DNA of 64,000 nucleotides from the human T2T-CHM13v2.0 reference genome, Homo sapiens, in NCBI RefSeq assembly GCF_009914755.1, contig NC_060940.1; one strand, 5' to 3'. Numbering within the stretch: the first letter of the stretch is position 1; each line of letters opens with the position of its first letter. The notes below the pieces were generated by a model that was given only the letters and a program-made list of their open reading frames with translations, searched no databases and was not told the origin of the DNA. Below are positions 43,919-60,250 of the stretch, piece after piece. The translations under genes and the position numbers were made by a program.

Positions 43919-46060
43919 GGAACAAAGCCCAGAGCCACAGAGGAGCCATCTGCCCAGGGGCCATGCATGCCAGGCCTGGAAGAACCTGTGCAGAGGCCAC
44001 GGGGAGACAGACACACCCGCCCTCGCTGGGCTCAGCCCCTGGTCCCACAAAAGGGAGCGGAGCACAATCCCAACACCAGCACCGGATTTTCAACACAGCA
44101 AGAACGATGGCAACAGTGACACCTCAGGGGCCAGCTGCCTGCCCAGAGCTCAACAAAGTCAGGGCGGGGCTTTCCGGAAAGTTCAAGAGGCTCCAGCAGG
44201 AGGGTGCGGGGAGGGCGGGAGGCAGGGTGGGAGGGAGGGAGGGGAAGAGGGTGGGAGGGCGGACCGGAAGCCATGCAGACTCCATGCAGACACTGGCACC
44301 ACGCAGAGCCCGCAGAGCACCACCTCCTCACCCCACAGGGACACCTGCAAATACCAAGAAAAGTCAGACAACTTCACTGTGTTGAATGAGCAGCTACTTT
44401 TCAACATAAATTGGCAGGTGACCGAGAAACACAGAAACTAAAACTACAAGCAGACATCTGCTCCTGGCCCTGGCCCCAGAGCTCATATCAAACCTGCCCT
44501 CCTGCTGAGACCAGCCACGAAGACTGAACACTCTCTCCTAATTCCAGGAGAAAGAAAACAAGAAAAAGAAAAAAAGACTGAACACATCAGAGAGCAATGA
44601 AGGTAGCCCAGTGACGAGGACCCAAGGCCCTGAAGAGAAGGGACAGGCTGAGAGGCGAGGGGCAGGGCCTTCTCCCCCCTTCCTGAGGCCACTGACCACT
44701 GGCTGGGGAGGAAGGCCCATGTCTGGCACCTGCAGGCTGGAGAGGCACACACGGAGACCAGGTCTACACAGGAGCCAGGACTACCGCCGCCAAACGCCAA
44801 AGATGGCAACCAGAGAACACAGCCCCATGCTGCACACAGGCAGTTGCACGAGGCACCTGCGGAATCCTGAGTGAGGGGTGGGAGGTGGAGGAGGGAAGCA
44901 GAGTGGCTGCTGAGAGGAGAAGGGGCCAAGCGAAGCGTGACTCACAAAGCCAGGAAGAGAAAAGGAGGAATCAGGGCCTGGGGATAGAGTCACGGACGGC
45001 CTCCGGCTGGGCCCTACAGAGGGTTGTGTCCTGGGAAGGAGAGAGACCCGGAATGAGAACGGGACGCTTCCCCAAGCCTGAGACGCGCGCATACCCCGGG
45101 CCTGCGCAGAGCAGGTGCCCTGACTCCACTTTGCCCGCAGGCCGGGGCCAGGGCCTCTTGAGGAGACCAGGCCACGGCACCCAGCAAGTGCCCAGGCGCA
45201 CAGTGAGGGGTGGGGGGCATCCAACACGCCTGGAGATCAGGAGAAAAGGCGGGGGCTAGACTCGAAAGAAACTTTCACTACTGTACCCAAAAAGATTAAC
45301 AAAGAGAAGGAAAACTTCACCGAAAAACGGGAATTTAATAAAAAAGAAAGCCAGACTTCCATCTCCAGCCATGATCAAGTACCCAGGACTAGACAGGCAC
45401 TGCCATGGCAGACCCAACGAACAGGAAAGAAATGTCCTCACGGGTCCTCAGACCCCAACGGCAAGCAGGCTGCCGGGAGAAGGGAAACGGAGACGACTCT
45501 GCCACCAGCCTGGACTTCCGCCTGCAACGTTCTAGCACTTTCTAGCAGGGGCCAGCCACCTGCCCAGAGCTCAACAAAGTCAGAGCAGGGCTTTCCGTTC
45601 GAGAGGCTCCAGTAGGAGGGCACAGGGGGCGGGAGGCAGGGTGGTCAGAGCGGGTCCACAGCAGAACCCAAGGAAACAGACGTCAGAGTGCACCATGGCT
45701 GGAACATGGGGGGCAAAGACCAGGAACGGAAGGACCTGGCTGAGGGCGGGCTCCAGACCCCGCCAACATGTGCGCGATGGGCCTCAGCGTCCAGGAAGCA
45801 AAGGCCCTCACAAGCCACCCCCTCAGACCAGAGAGTCCAAGGACGGGCCACAAGGCCGAAGTGTTGCTCTAAGCAAACCTTTGCTCATTTGGAAAATAAA
45901 ATTGGCTCCTGAAAAGTGACAGAGCAAGAATTTTTTGGTAATTACCTCAAACGCACATCTGGGCCAGCTTGTACCCAGGTAGAAGAGGCCCTCAAATTCC
46001 TCCACGTAAGGCACCACTCCTGCCCGTGCACAGACCTCGTCGCGAGGCTCCGGGACTTAC

Positions 46061-46137
46061 CACCACGTTCAGCAGTCCTCCGTATGGCCCGATATCTGGC
46101 TGCCACAATCCCAAAATGTGTCTATATCGGTGAAGCA
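46061..46137 (-). CDS. FBXO31: FBXO31 exon 3 (77 nt), [25 protein letters not shown]
   Basis: ctgtag| and |gtaagt; seen within ORF 45992..46225. Confidence 0.97.
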
Positions 46138-46298
46138 CTACAGGAGGAGAGAAAGAGCAAGTCTCTGTGTTAGACCCAGCGTGCCGCAGGGAGCCCAGGA
46201 ACCCCGAGAGGGAGGAAGGAACCATGAGGACTCACAAAAGGCTTGCAAGAGCCCTCCAAACACATGCACACCAAGCCTCTAAAGATGTATCAGAATGA

Positions 46299-46697
<399 letters not shown>

Positions 46698-47962
46698 CTA
46701 GGAATAAGACAGAAGACGTGCAAACAGCGAGCTGGACTAGACCTGCCAAATGCCAAGATGCTGGTAGCGCTACAAGGCATGTCATAAGCAATCAGATCTT
46801 TAAAGCTATCCCAACAATGACAATGTCACACTCGCTGAAGGCCCAGGACACAACTTCTCCATCCCGTTCCTTGCCAGCCAATGGTCAGGTCAGGCTGGGC
46901 CATCTCACTTCCTGAGCAGCTCCAGGTCACCCTCGAAGCTGCCCCTGGGCCCTGCCCAGGCCTTCACCCCATGGGGTATGGGCCACTGCACCAGCTGCCT
47001 CCCCTTCAGGCAGGCCTGAACCCCCAGCCCACCCACTGCCTCTCTCCACGACTCCCTGGCCAGGCTCTAGGCCCTCAGCCATGTGGCTGCCACCAACCTT
47101 CCTGCCTCTCCACCCTACCTGCCCGCTCTCCATCAGCCTCAGCCTCCCAGGTCAGCCCAGCCCAGCCCCTCTCCGGCCCCTGCACTGTATCTGCACTCAT
47201 GAGCCACCCCTTGGATGCTAAATGCCTGATGAAGTCTGCCTCGACTTCACCACCACTGTTAGTTCCCATCATTCGGGAAGCCTTACCCATCAAGAGAAAG
47301 CAGTGAGCGTGATGATGGGGGAGAAGGTGGCACCCAGTGACCTTCCCTGAACACGCCTGGGCCCCCTAATGGTAGAGCTTGAGGGTAGCAGCTGATCTGG
47401 GGCATGGTCCCAGGAAGAAGGGGTGACCGGGTAGAGACTACAGACCTGGCGGGAGGATAAGCCAACATATAGGGTGCTTTGTGGACACCTCCCCATCACG
47501 GTCACCAAAGGGCAGAGGCAGCCGGCCCAGGCTGTTACAGCCTCACCCATCTGGGTCGCTGGAAGCACAGGTCCCAGGGCCCCTAACGGTGGGACAGAAA
47601 GTGCTGGGAGCCATCATATGAGGGCTGCCTATGAGAGGGCGGCCTGCACTCACCCGGGACACCCACCAGAGCAGCAGGCAGGACCAGCGCAGGGTGGAGA
47701 AGCAGGCCTGGCGCCTGTGTACCTGGAAAGCTCCCGCAAACCCTGGATCCCGCAGAACAACTGAGCACTCAGCAAGGCAGGTAATGAGGGAGTACACCGG
47801 AATCCAGCAGAAGCATCGCTCACTCGGTAGGAGGAGCAGCAGACCAAGCCTCGGCAGCAGGAGGCACATAAGTCCACTCACAGCTTTACAAGACTTCAGT
47901 AAAGACAGAGACAGGAAACATTCATACATGGGGAGAAAACACTGTGAAGACAAAAACTCCCC

Positions 47963-48044
47963 CAGCTAATCATCAATAATGTCATCCCAACTCAAATCCA
48001 CACTCAGCTAATCATCAATAATGTCATCCCAACTCAAATCCACA
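47963..48044. repeat. Two copies of a 42 bp tandem unit in an old L1 fragment
   Basis: cagctaatcatcaataatgtcatcccaactcaaatccaca at 47963 and 48005. Confidence 0.93.
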
Positions 48045-48321
48045 GGTTTTAAAAAATAATTTAACAAAATGATTCCAAAGTCCATGTGAAGAGGTGAGAG
48101 CAGCCAGTGACACTCCAAATTTTAAAAGACAAGTGCTATGAAAATGAACTATTCTAACTACAGCAATCAAAACAAGAACAGAATGAGATATGAAGAAAAT
48201 AAAATATAATCCCCCGGAAGCCCCAGTGGCAGCTGACACAACCGTGAAAGGCAGGGATTGTGGAACACGTTGGGGCAGAGAACAAAATGTCATGGGCCTG
48301 CAGATTAAAATTTCAGCTGCA

Positions 48322-48816
<495 letters not shown>

Positions 48817-50469
48817 CTATTTCAAAAGCAGCACATACACAGTCACTGAAGACAATTTAGAAAAAGGAAACCTAAAGCTCACCAGTAATCCCATCACTCA
48901 GAGACCACATGCACAGTCCACATGTTGGCGAACATGGTTTATGTCTGCTGTCCTGCACCTGTATCTGCTTGAGTGAGCATGTGTGACTGGACGAATGGGC
49001 AGGATCTCGGGGCTCTGCAGGCAGTGGGGGCCATGGGGGTTTCGGAGCACTGGAGTGGCAAGACCACTCCAGACCACAGGAAGGAAGATGGAGCAGGGAG
49101 GGCAAGAAAGCCAGGACGGCAGCAAGTAGGTCGCCACCTGGATCTAAGGCACAGGGAGTAAGAAACTTCTCAAGCCTTTGGAGAAGACGCTAGACTCCAC
49201 CAACAGCTCCCAAGATTCAGCCCAGACCATGGTTTAGGAAGTTCCTAAATGAGCCCCGGCTGTGTGCAGGCTGCTGCCAGCCATCCCACACACAGACACC
49301 CCTTTAGGAACAATCCTGAGTCCATTTACAGGACACAGTCAAGCCAGTCTTGTTACTTTACGGTCACACCTAGACGGGTGTGTGATCAGGAACCATAAAC
49401 ACACACTGATCTTGACAATGAAATGCACACTGAAGCATTTAGGAGTGAAACGTACTGACGCCTGCAAGTGTGAAATGCATCAGAAAATAAGTCCACAGAT
49501 GGCTGCAGGGATGGACTGCTGGGCGGCTGGGTGATAACAAAATGGAGGTTCACTGGACAATTCTTCCAACTTTTCTGTTTTCAAAATTTCATCATGAAAT
49601 ACTGGGGTTAAAAAAAAAACACTATTCAGCATTGCACTCTCTCCTCCTATCCCCTCCCCTCAGCTCCCGCTTTAAGTGCTAGGAACACTGCCCAATGAGC
49701 CTGCCTCAGACGCCTGGCAATCCCAAAGTGGGAGTTCCCTGTTGTGCTGAAAAGCAGCATTTCTGAAATAAAAACCCAGCAGCCTGCGAGATGCCAGTTC
49801 TAAAGCGACATCCTCCATGCATCTTGAAGCTCTGCGTGTTGGTCAAAGTGACAACACCTTCGCTGTACTTTGGAAGCAACGGCCGCTGCTGACCAGATGT
49901 CGGCTCCTTTAGTCTGTGACGGCCACCAAAACCATCCCAAGAGATGAGTCAGAGAAACAGCGTGGCCAGATGGGCTGCCAGCGCACAGACCCAGAGGGGA
50001 CACAGACTTCCTCGTGGAATCGCAAAGCCTGTGTCTGAGAACACGCACTTTAAAAAGAGTCCTTACGAAGCATGGCTATCGCACAAGCAAACGGATTCAT
50101 TCAAGAGATGAATCCATGGATTTCAATAGGAATTAAGCTCCCATTCAAACGGTCAAGAGCAGAGCTGGACACGTACGAGTGTGAGCGTGATCTCTATACC
50201 CTAATGCCTCACCATTTTTATTATAAACATGTCATCTAGATGCCTATCTTTCTAAATTCGGAGGATGCAGTCCTCCCTAAATTGGGCTCTGGTGGGGGGG
50301 GAAAGGAGCCAGGAACAACGTTCCCCGCACTTCAGTGCCCCACAAGGCTCCTGAGTGTCTCAGTCAAGGGCAGCAGATGGTCAGGCCTTCCTGCAAGCCC
50401 AGGCCACTTCGAGGGCTCACTTCTGGGCAGCTGCCACATTATCTTCCCATATGAAATAGCAAGGGATAG

Positions 50470-51000
<531 letters not shown>

Positions 51001-51979
51001 ATTTAATCATTCCACAACATACACAGATGCCAACACATCACACTGTGCCCCATAAAGACATAATATACACAATTATTATCTGTCAGTTATAAAGAAATAA
51101 ACACTTCTCTGACAATCTAGGAGGCTAAACAACTACACAGGAAAACCAACAACCTTATTTCTGCTTTGAACGTTACGCAGTTTTTCAGTACCAAAAATTA
51201 AATAGATGATTTAAAAGATGAGAATGTGAATAAGGACATCGCTACCTCTTACTAAATGTTGTTTTAACATCTGGTAGTAGATTACCAGATGCTGAGACTT
51301 GTAAGATTTTAACCCTTATTAAAAAGAAAATAACATAACCAAAAAAAAAATTGTTAATATCTGGGTAAAGGCTAAAATGAAAGAAAATAATCCAGGCCAG
51401 AAGTCCGCAAACTGGAGTATCACCCGAATCCCACAGGCCTGTTCAGGTCCAGCCCGGAGGTCCAGACACGACAGGTGTGGGAAGAGGCCAGGGAAGCCGT
51501 GTCCATCAAGTTCCCAGAAGACATGGATGCTGCTGTCCAGGACCCCACTCTGGGAGCACAGATCTGGCCTCACAGGAGAGCCTGGGAAACGTCAGAATAA
51601 TCTTTTGAGGTCAACTCATTCCTCTAATTCCAGGCACTGAAAGAAGGCATCTATCCGCCCTGGGAGCCCCGGCATAAATGCTCCCGAAATGAATTCAAAA
51701 TGAAGCCAAATGGGAAAGTACCGTGAAAGGTGAGGTTACACTTTCTCCTTCCAGCACCGGCCCAGGCGCCGGCACATCTGGGTTCTGGTGCACACCCGTC
51801 CTGACTCAGAGTCCCTGAACCTTGGCCCACGTGCCACAGGTGGGCTCCATGCTAGGAGACCGGCGGGGATGGAGATTTTGTGGGTGGATGCCCCTCACTA
51901 AAGGTGTTGGCCTGTGTTGCTCAGGGGACTCTACGGAAGAAATTGGATTAACATGAGCTCTATTTCCGTCAGCCGAGGC

Positions 51980-52807
51980 GTGGCCAGGGCTGCTGCCTCC
52001 TGGAGGCTGCAGGGGTCCACTCCCCGCCTTGTCCGGCTTCCGAGGCTGCTGCCCTGCTCGGCTCCTGGGTCCTCCTCCACTTTCAGAGCCGCATGCAGCC
52101 TCTCCTGCCTCTCACTGTTACTCCCACGGAGAACCCGCCTTGTACAAAGACCCTGTGATGACACAAGGCCTGCCTAGGTGGTCCAGGATGCCCCCCTTGC
52201 CTCAGGACCCGCACCTTTACCCACAAAGTCCCCATTACTGTGGAGGCTGGGCTGAGTGGTCTCCCTCAAAATTCACGTCCCCTGGAACCTCAGAATGTGG
52301 CCCTCTGTGGAAGTAATCAAGATGTAATGTAGCCGTGAGCACGTTAGGGTAAACGAATGCTTGCGCAGAAAGTGCCCGATCCACTGACTGTTGTCCTTCC
52401 GAGAAGACAGAGACTCAGAGACAGAGGGGGCCACGTGGGGACAGAGGCAGGGGCTGCGGCAACGTGGCCAGAGCAGGAAGAGGCGGTAAGGAGGCTCCGC
52501 AAGAGCCTTCGGAGGCAGCAGGGCCCCGGACACCGTGTCTTGAACCTGTGGCCTCCAGCCTGTGAGAGGCGGGAAGGAGGCTCCGCAAGACCCTTCGGCG
52601 GGAGCAGGGCCCCGGACACCTTGTCTTGAACCTGTGGCCTCCAGCCTGTGAGAGGCGGGAAGGAGGCTCCACAAGACCCTTCGGCGGGAGCAGGGCCCCG
52701 GACACCTTGTCTTGAACCTCTGGCCTCCAGCCTGTGAGAAAGTGGGTTTCTGTTATTTTAGACCCTCTTTGTGTTCATCTGCTCCAGCAGCCCTGGCAGA
52801 CTCCCAC
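51980..52807. mobile_element. Two MLT1-type LTR remnants (minus about 51980-52235; plus about 52238-52807)
   Basis: cctggaacctcagaatgtggccct...ggcctccagcctgtgagaa..tttctgtt. Confidence 0.7.
52480..52739. repeat. Three copies of an 86 bp unit inside the MLT1 LTR
   Basis: Units start at 52480, 52566, 52652. Confidence 0.93.
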
Positions 52808-53077
52808 ACCGATTAGATGACAACTCCACAGGCTTGGGGACTAGGATGCGGACGTCTCTGCGGCCCCCGCTGTGCTCCCACAGCTACATAATGGGATTCT
52901 GCCTCATGTGCGCCTGCTCCGCGTTCACCTCCAGTTTCAGAGGAATGGACATTTGTAAGGAATTCTACTACATTTCTAAGCAAGGCACTCCATATTTTTA
53001 GAAGATATCATTGTTAATATCTGAGTAAAGGCTAAAATGAATTGGTGTTTTACATATTTTAAAAAGTACAGAACATT

Positions 53078-54097
53078 GTCCAGGCGCGGTGGCTCACGCC
53101 TGTAATCCCAACACTTTGGGAAGCTGAGGCGGGATAATCGCTTGAGCCCAGGAGTTCCAGACTGGCCTGGGTAACATAGGGAGCCCTTGTCTCTACAAAA
53201 ACAACAGAAAAATTAGCCAGGTGTGGTGGCACACACCTGTAGTCCCAGCTAACTAGGAGCTGAGGTCAGTCATCTGAGCCCGGGGAGATGAAGGCTGCAG
53301 TGAGCCATAACCGCGCCAGTACTCCAGCCTGGGCAACAGAGCGAGATCCTGTCTCAAAAAAAAAAAACCCAAAAATGCACTTTGACTGGCTTCACCAACG
53401 TGCAGAGAAGCAGATGTATCAGATCTGCTGTCAGGACAACAGGCTTCCCCTTAACACTCCCAACACCTTACAAATGCGTATTATCCAGAGTGCCAGGCAA
53501 CCTCATGCACCCAAGGAAAAAAGAAAAGATACCCCAAAAGTAGTGACTCTGAGGTCACAAAACTACTCCACAGGCCGGGCACACTGGCTCACGCCTGTAA
53601 TCCCAGCACTTTGGGTGGCCGAGGTAGATGGATCACCTGAGGTCAGGAGTTTGAGACAAGCCTGGCCAAACTGGCAAAACCCCGTCTCTACTAAAAATAC
53701 AAAAAGTAGCTGGGCATGGTGGCATATGCCTGTAATCCCAGCTACTCAAGAGGCTGAGGCAAGAGAGTCACTTGAACCGGGAGGTGGAGGTTGCAATGAG
53801 CCAAGATCGCGCCACTGCACTCCAGCCTGGGTGACACTGGGTGAGACTCAATCTCAAAAAAATAAAAATAAAAGAAACTATTCCTCAACATTAGGGTCCC
53901 AGCCTTCTACCGTATGGGCTTGTTCCCACCCAGGACAGTCCTACACTCAGGGATGTTAGCTCAGCCAGGCGCAGTGGCTCACGCCTGTAATCCCAACACT
54001 TTGGGAGGTCAAGGCAGAAGGATTGCTTGAAGCCAGGAGTTTAAGACCAGCCTGGGCAATAAAGCAAGACCCCCATCTCTATCATAAAATAAAATAA
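53078..54097 (+). mobile_element. Alu cluster: 53078-53367, 53573-53876, monomer 53963-54097
   Basis: Three plus-strand Alu sequences. Confidence 0.92.
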
Positions 54098-54748
54098 GAT
54101 GTTGGGCCCACAGCGCAAGGTCCAAAGGACTTCAACACGACCAGTTAACGGCCCACGTGAATGATGGAAACACAAGCCACGCACGGCCCCAAAATACTCA
54201 GAAGCCAATCAGGGCAGACTTTTCCGAAAGGTTTGGCTGCTGTGAGAGAACAAATTTTGAGACGCTCTCCATGAAGACACACTAAGAGCAGCTGAATACT
54301 GAAAACCCACACATCACAGGCATAGGTTGAGGCTGTTGAAATTGGCTTTCTTTTTTCACACACAAGAACTTTTTCTTCCTGATATTCTAGTAGGTCATCC
54401 ACTTAAATTTGTCCAAAGAGAAATGCAACCAATGTTTAACTGCTGTTTTTCATTTTATTTTCTAAATTTTTCAAGTTTTCTACAATGACTTTGTGTTTTT
54501 ATAACGACACTCAAACTTCAGCATGAACAACAGTATGTCAATCAAAACCCACATATGATAAAGCCGCCAGCTCGAAGCAACTGGCGCTACATCACAATAG
54601 GAGGCTGCGCAGCCTGGATGCTCGAGAGGCCAGCCCGGCAGCGTGGGGAGGAGGTCTCTTCCTCGTGAGCTACATGAAGCTTCCCTCCACCTGCCTCGGG
54701 GACAAAAGGAATGTCCCCTGCCCCCAGTGCAACTCTGAAGACTCGCTA

Positions 54749-55232
<484 letters not shown>

Positions 55233-55851
55233 TCACTGACTGCTCAGAGGAAGGGCTGGTCAGTCTAGAACAGCACAAATGTCTTCAAACGTTGCCCACC
55301 CCTCCTTTTCCACCTCGGCCCCTTCCAGCCCCGTGTTCCCCGTCCACAGACTCCTGAGAGGTCCACAGACTCCTGAGAGGTCCCCTGGCTCTGGCCTCCA
55401 CTCAGCTAGACAGTTCACACCTCAACAAGGCAGTGCTGTTAGCAGGCGTGTAAAGGGTTCAGACACCACCCTGAAGCGTGCTAACCAAATCCAGGCACCT
55501 CCGCACCAACTACACGAAGGTCCCCTCAGTAAAGCGGGACCCAGTTCCCCAGCTGCAGTGATCTGCTGAGATCTGGCAGGACATTAGGTGAAATTACTCT
55601 TTCTGCTTTCAGTTGGTGTTTTTAGAAATCGGGCATTTATGAAACTTAAGATGTAGGTCTGCTCCCAACAGACCATGCTGACCCATGGGCCATCGGGGTG
55701 GACTGAAAGCAGTAGTAGGGGCTCCACGAGCCTCTAGAAACTGCAACACAGCTTTTAGGGCAGGTAGGTGTTTTCAATCTCTTTCTGGACAGCTGAAATT
55801 CATTGTCTCCATCACCACTCAACCACTCTGAGCTAATAAAAAGTGGAAACA

Positions 55852-56815
<964 letters not shown>

Positions 56816-59176
56816 GGAGTCAACTGTTGCTACCTGCCTTTGTCTATTGAGGGTATATGCATATGTGATTTTTAATTCACATAGGCTATTAAAATGTGAT
56901 TAAAACTAATAAAGGTCAGAAGTCAAATATTCATATTTCACTTTAGAATAAAATTTTAAAGCTTCTACTCTGTTCGTTCCTCTCTGTGTCTGCAGTAGCT
57001 CCTCAATAAACGATACATGTGAAAATGTGCATTAAAGTGATCTCGACTGGTAGTACCCAGAAACCACTGCAGAAAGGTAAGCCAAATGCAGCCTGGGTCC
57101 AACACACAGGTGTGATCTCTGTCACAGCTGAAGCAGAGCCACGCTGCAGCAAGTGAACGTGAAAGGATGACAAAAAGCCACGAGGTCCGCTTGCTCCAGG
57201 ACCAAAGCTGTCCCATGTGTGAATCAGAGGGCCCTCCCCATGCAGTTCTTGGCCGTGCTGGCTGCCGCAGAAGCCAAAGCTCGCAGGAGGTACATACGGC
57301 AGGTGTAAACGTCTCTGTACGCCATGTGCTCATAATCAGGGAGAATTTTCACAAAACGTCCCGACTTCACGCGAGGGTTTATACCTGAACAGACACAGCA
57401 GGGAAAGGGCTAAGGATGGCTCCCTTTACAGGACTGTGCAAACAGCGTGAATACGACCCAATGCCTGCCCCTCACCAGTGTGATACAATCCCCTCGTGTT
57501 TATGCAGCCACCCAGGACACAGAGAGGTGGCTCTGAGAAACCTGCTGGAGAGAACAACACTGTGACACGTTTTCCTTCCATCAGTGGTGCCACCAGAAAC
57601 TCACGGTGGCAGCAAGCTTGGAAATCCTTTCCATATTTGATCACACTCCTCCCGGGGCCAGCACACTCCCGGCAGGCCCCAGGCCACAGCTCACTGGGGC
57701 TCAGGAGGTGGGAGGGCAGGTGTCCTGGCAGGTGAGCATCTGGGATGACCGTCTAGAGAACACTTACCCCGGCTAACATACTCACTTTGCCCAGCACCCA
57801 CCTGGCGTTTCCCAGCCTGCTAACTCAGGCCAGCCTCGTCACAGGTCATCCAAGGTTGCCCAACTACACCACCCGTTTCTGGAGCTAAGGCTGATTTTCT
57901 TCCACCACCTGTTCCCAAAGCTAAGTAATTTTCTCCTGGATAAGCCTTAAAGCAAATTCACAGAAACACAGTTGCTGCGCTGTGAAAATGAACACTGACA
58001 TTTGCTTTGGCCACTGCAGACTAACACTGCGGGGAATAAACACTGTCGGAAACAGATCATGTGAATTCTCCGCATTTTGCAAACACTTTCAAGGGGTCAA
58101 GAATCAGCAGTGAAAAGAAATCTCCCAATGCCCTGTCCTCCTATCCCCTCTTCTGTGCCCACCCCCTGCCCTACCCTCGGCCACACTGCCTCCTGCCTGC
58201 CTATGCCCGGATGGCCTCTCCCACAGGACAGGAGGACTCAGTGCTCAGGCAACACCTCCGACCCCCACAGCTGGAAGGAGCATCCATGTGTACACTCCTA
58301 TGGCTGTTACAGGAAACCCTAACACCTGGGCAGGCCAAACACCTGTGTCCCTACCGGGACATGACTTTTGGTGCTGACAACTCTTAGAGAGAAATATGTC
58401 TTCATGTCACTTTGAGATGATATGACCCAAATGGCCTAAGAAACTCAAAGAGCAACTGCCTTGCAGAAATGAAAAAGAAAAAAGAAAAGAAGCTCAAAGA
58501 ATGGTCAGAAGATGAAAACGTGGGGTATGAGACACTCACAGAAACCCTCTGACCATCCAAAAAAGCCAAGAGCTTCGTCCAGTGAGCAAGAAATGGGAAA
58601 GTCCCTGGCACTGAAGAAACACCCGCGGGAAGACAGCCTGGGGCCAAGGAGCCTCTGCCTGATCGGTGAGTGTCACAGTTGACTCTGGAAAGCGGGTGAA
58701 CCAGAGAAACATGAAACGGGGCTGGGGGGCTCAGCCTGCTCACAGAATGCTAAAGGGAAGGAGAACTCTAGCAGGGGGGCTGTTCTCCGTACCTGGGGCT
58801 TGGACAGAAGGCACCACAGCTTCATTTCCCAATGACCACAGGCAGTCCCATCCTGAAGGCTGGAGGCCCAGAAGCCAGAGAAACAGGCAGCCTCCAGGAA
58901 CACCCAAGTCGCTCTGGTGCAGCCTACATTTCTCAGCTCTAAAGGGCCTCGATGCCTGGTAAAAGACACTAGTATCTACGATGCCCAGAATGGGAGAATA
59001 CGGTGTCCCCTCCCTAATTTTAGTGCTGTTACTACCAGTGCTCTATTCAAAATGTGACTGTAAGATGGTGTCTGAGAAAACAAAAGTGTGGACTAAATCA
59101 CTTTGATTATTTGTCATTGATGTGCACTGTCTGCTTCTGGTACAAAGTTAATCATGGATGGTAACAAATAGATTCA

Positions 59177-59293
<117 letters not shown>

Positions 59294-60079
59294 TCATAAC
59301 GCGACAGACGTGGGCAGGCTGCTGATGGCTGGCAGGGGAGGTGCACACCTAGCCTCAGCCCCATCTCCAGAGTGCATCTGTCACTGTGGAGATTTCACTG
59401 ACTTCTCCACATTCAGTAAACACCCTTGTTCACCGATGAAGACATTATTCTATTTTAGTCAATGTCACCCTTTACAAAATAATAATCTGCAATGTCTATT
59501 CTAATAAGCTCTAGAAGCCTAACCACACAAACCAATATCAGACAATCCCTAGTTTATGAACAAGGTGAGGCAGAATTCAGTTGTCTGGACACAGTGCCAT
59601 GTTTCCATGGAAACAAATTCACCACTGGTGTTAGGGTTCAGACAGTGCCAGAGGCCAGTCCACCCCGTGTACTTCCCTGTGCTGCCTGTGTGTTCAACTC
59701 AGCCCAAGGCCAAGAGGGGACCGTGCAAGACATGGGGGAAGGGGTGAACATTGTCCCTTCTCCACTGGCTAGGCTTGGCCAGGGCCCAGTGCAGGGCCCT
59801 GGACACCTCCCGCAACCCCTGTCCTCACACCCTCACCTGCTGACAGCACCTTCCTCTTTGTCCCCTACTCCCACCCCACCACAGCTGCACTTTTCACAAT
59901 CACCAACACCCAGCACGTCCCAAGCAAAATCCCAGGTCCTCCGGCTTGGGTCTCCGCTAGCCTTTGAAAGGAAAGACCGCCAGGGACTAATCCACACAAC
60001 TACAGAACTGCACATGGGCCAAGAGCTGCTACTGGCAACACCTGCATTGAGCTTTCCACGTGCTGTGTACCATGCCAAG

Positions 60080-60250
60080 CCATGCTGGGCATCACCTCAC
60101 TGCATCCTACAGCAGTCCCATAAGAGAGTCACCACTGTCATCTCCATTTTAACAGAGAAAACAAGTGCAGAGAGGTGACATGACTCCACAAAGGACCTGG
60201 AGCTTATGGTCAGCTGGGACCAAGAATTGAAGCCTAGATCAAAAAGCTTC
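60080..60250 (-). mobile_element. MIR
   Basis: ctccattttaacagagaaaacaagtgcagagaggtgacatgact. Confidence 0.65.

Noticed and set aside
43469-44441. Repetitive Pro/Gly-rich ORFs in several frames
   Set aside because: Translation of the stop-free 35-bp VNTR
53288-53959. 223-aa ORF and other Alu-like ORFs
   Set aside because: Alu translation products ([18 protein letters not shown])
58469-58552. Coding-looking short ORF MKKKKEKKLKEWSEDENVGYETLTETL
   Set aside because: 27 aa, driven by an A-rich tract, antisense intronic, no recognisable parent gene
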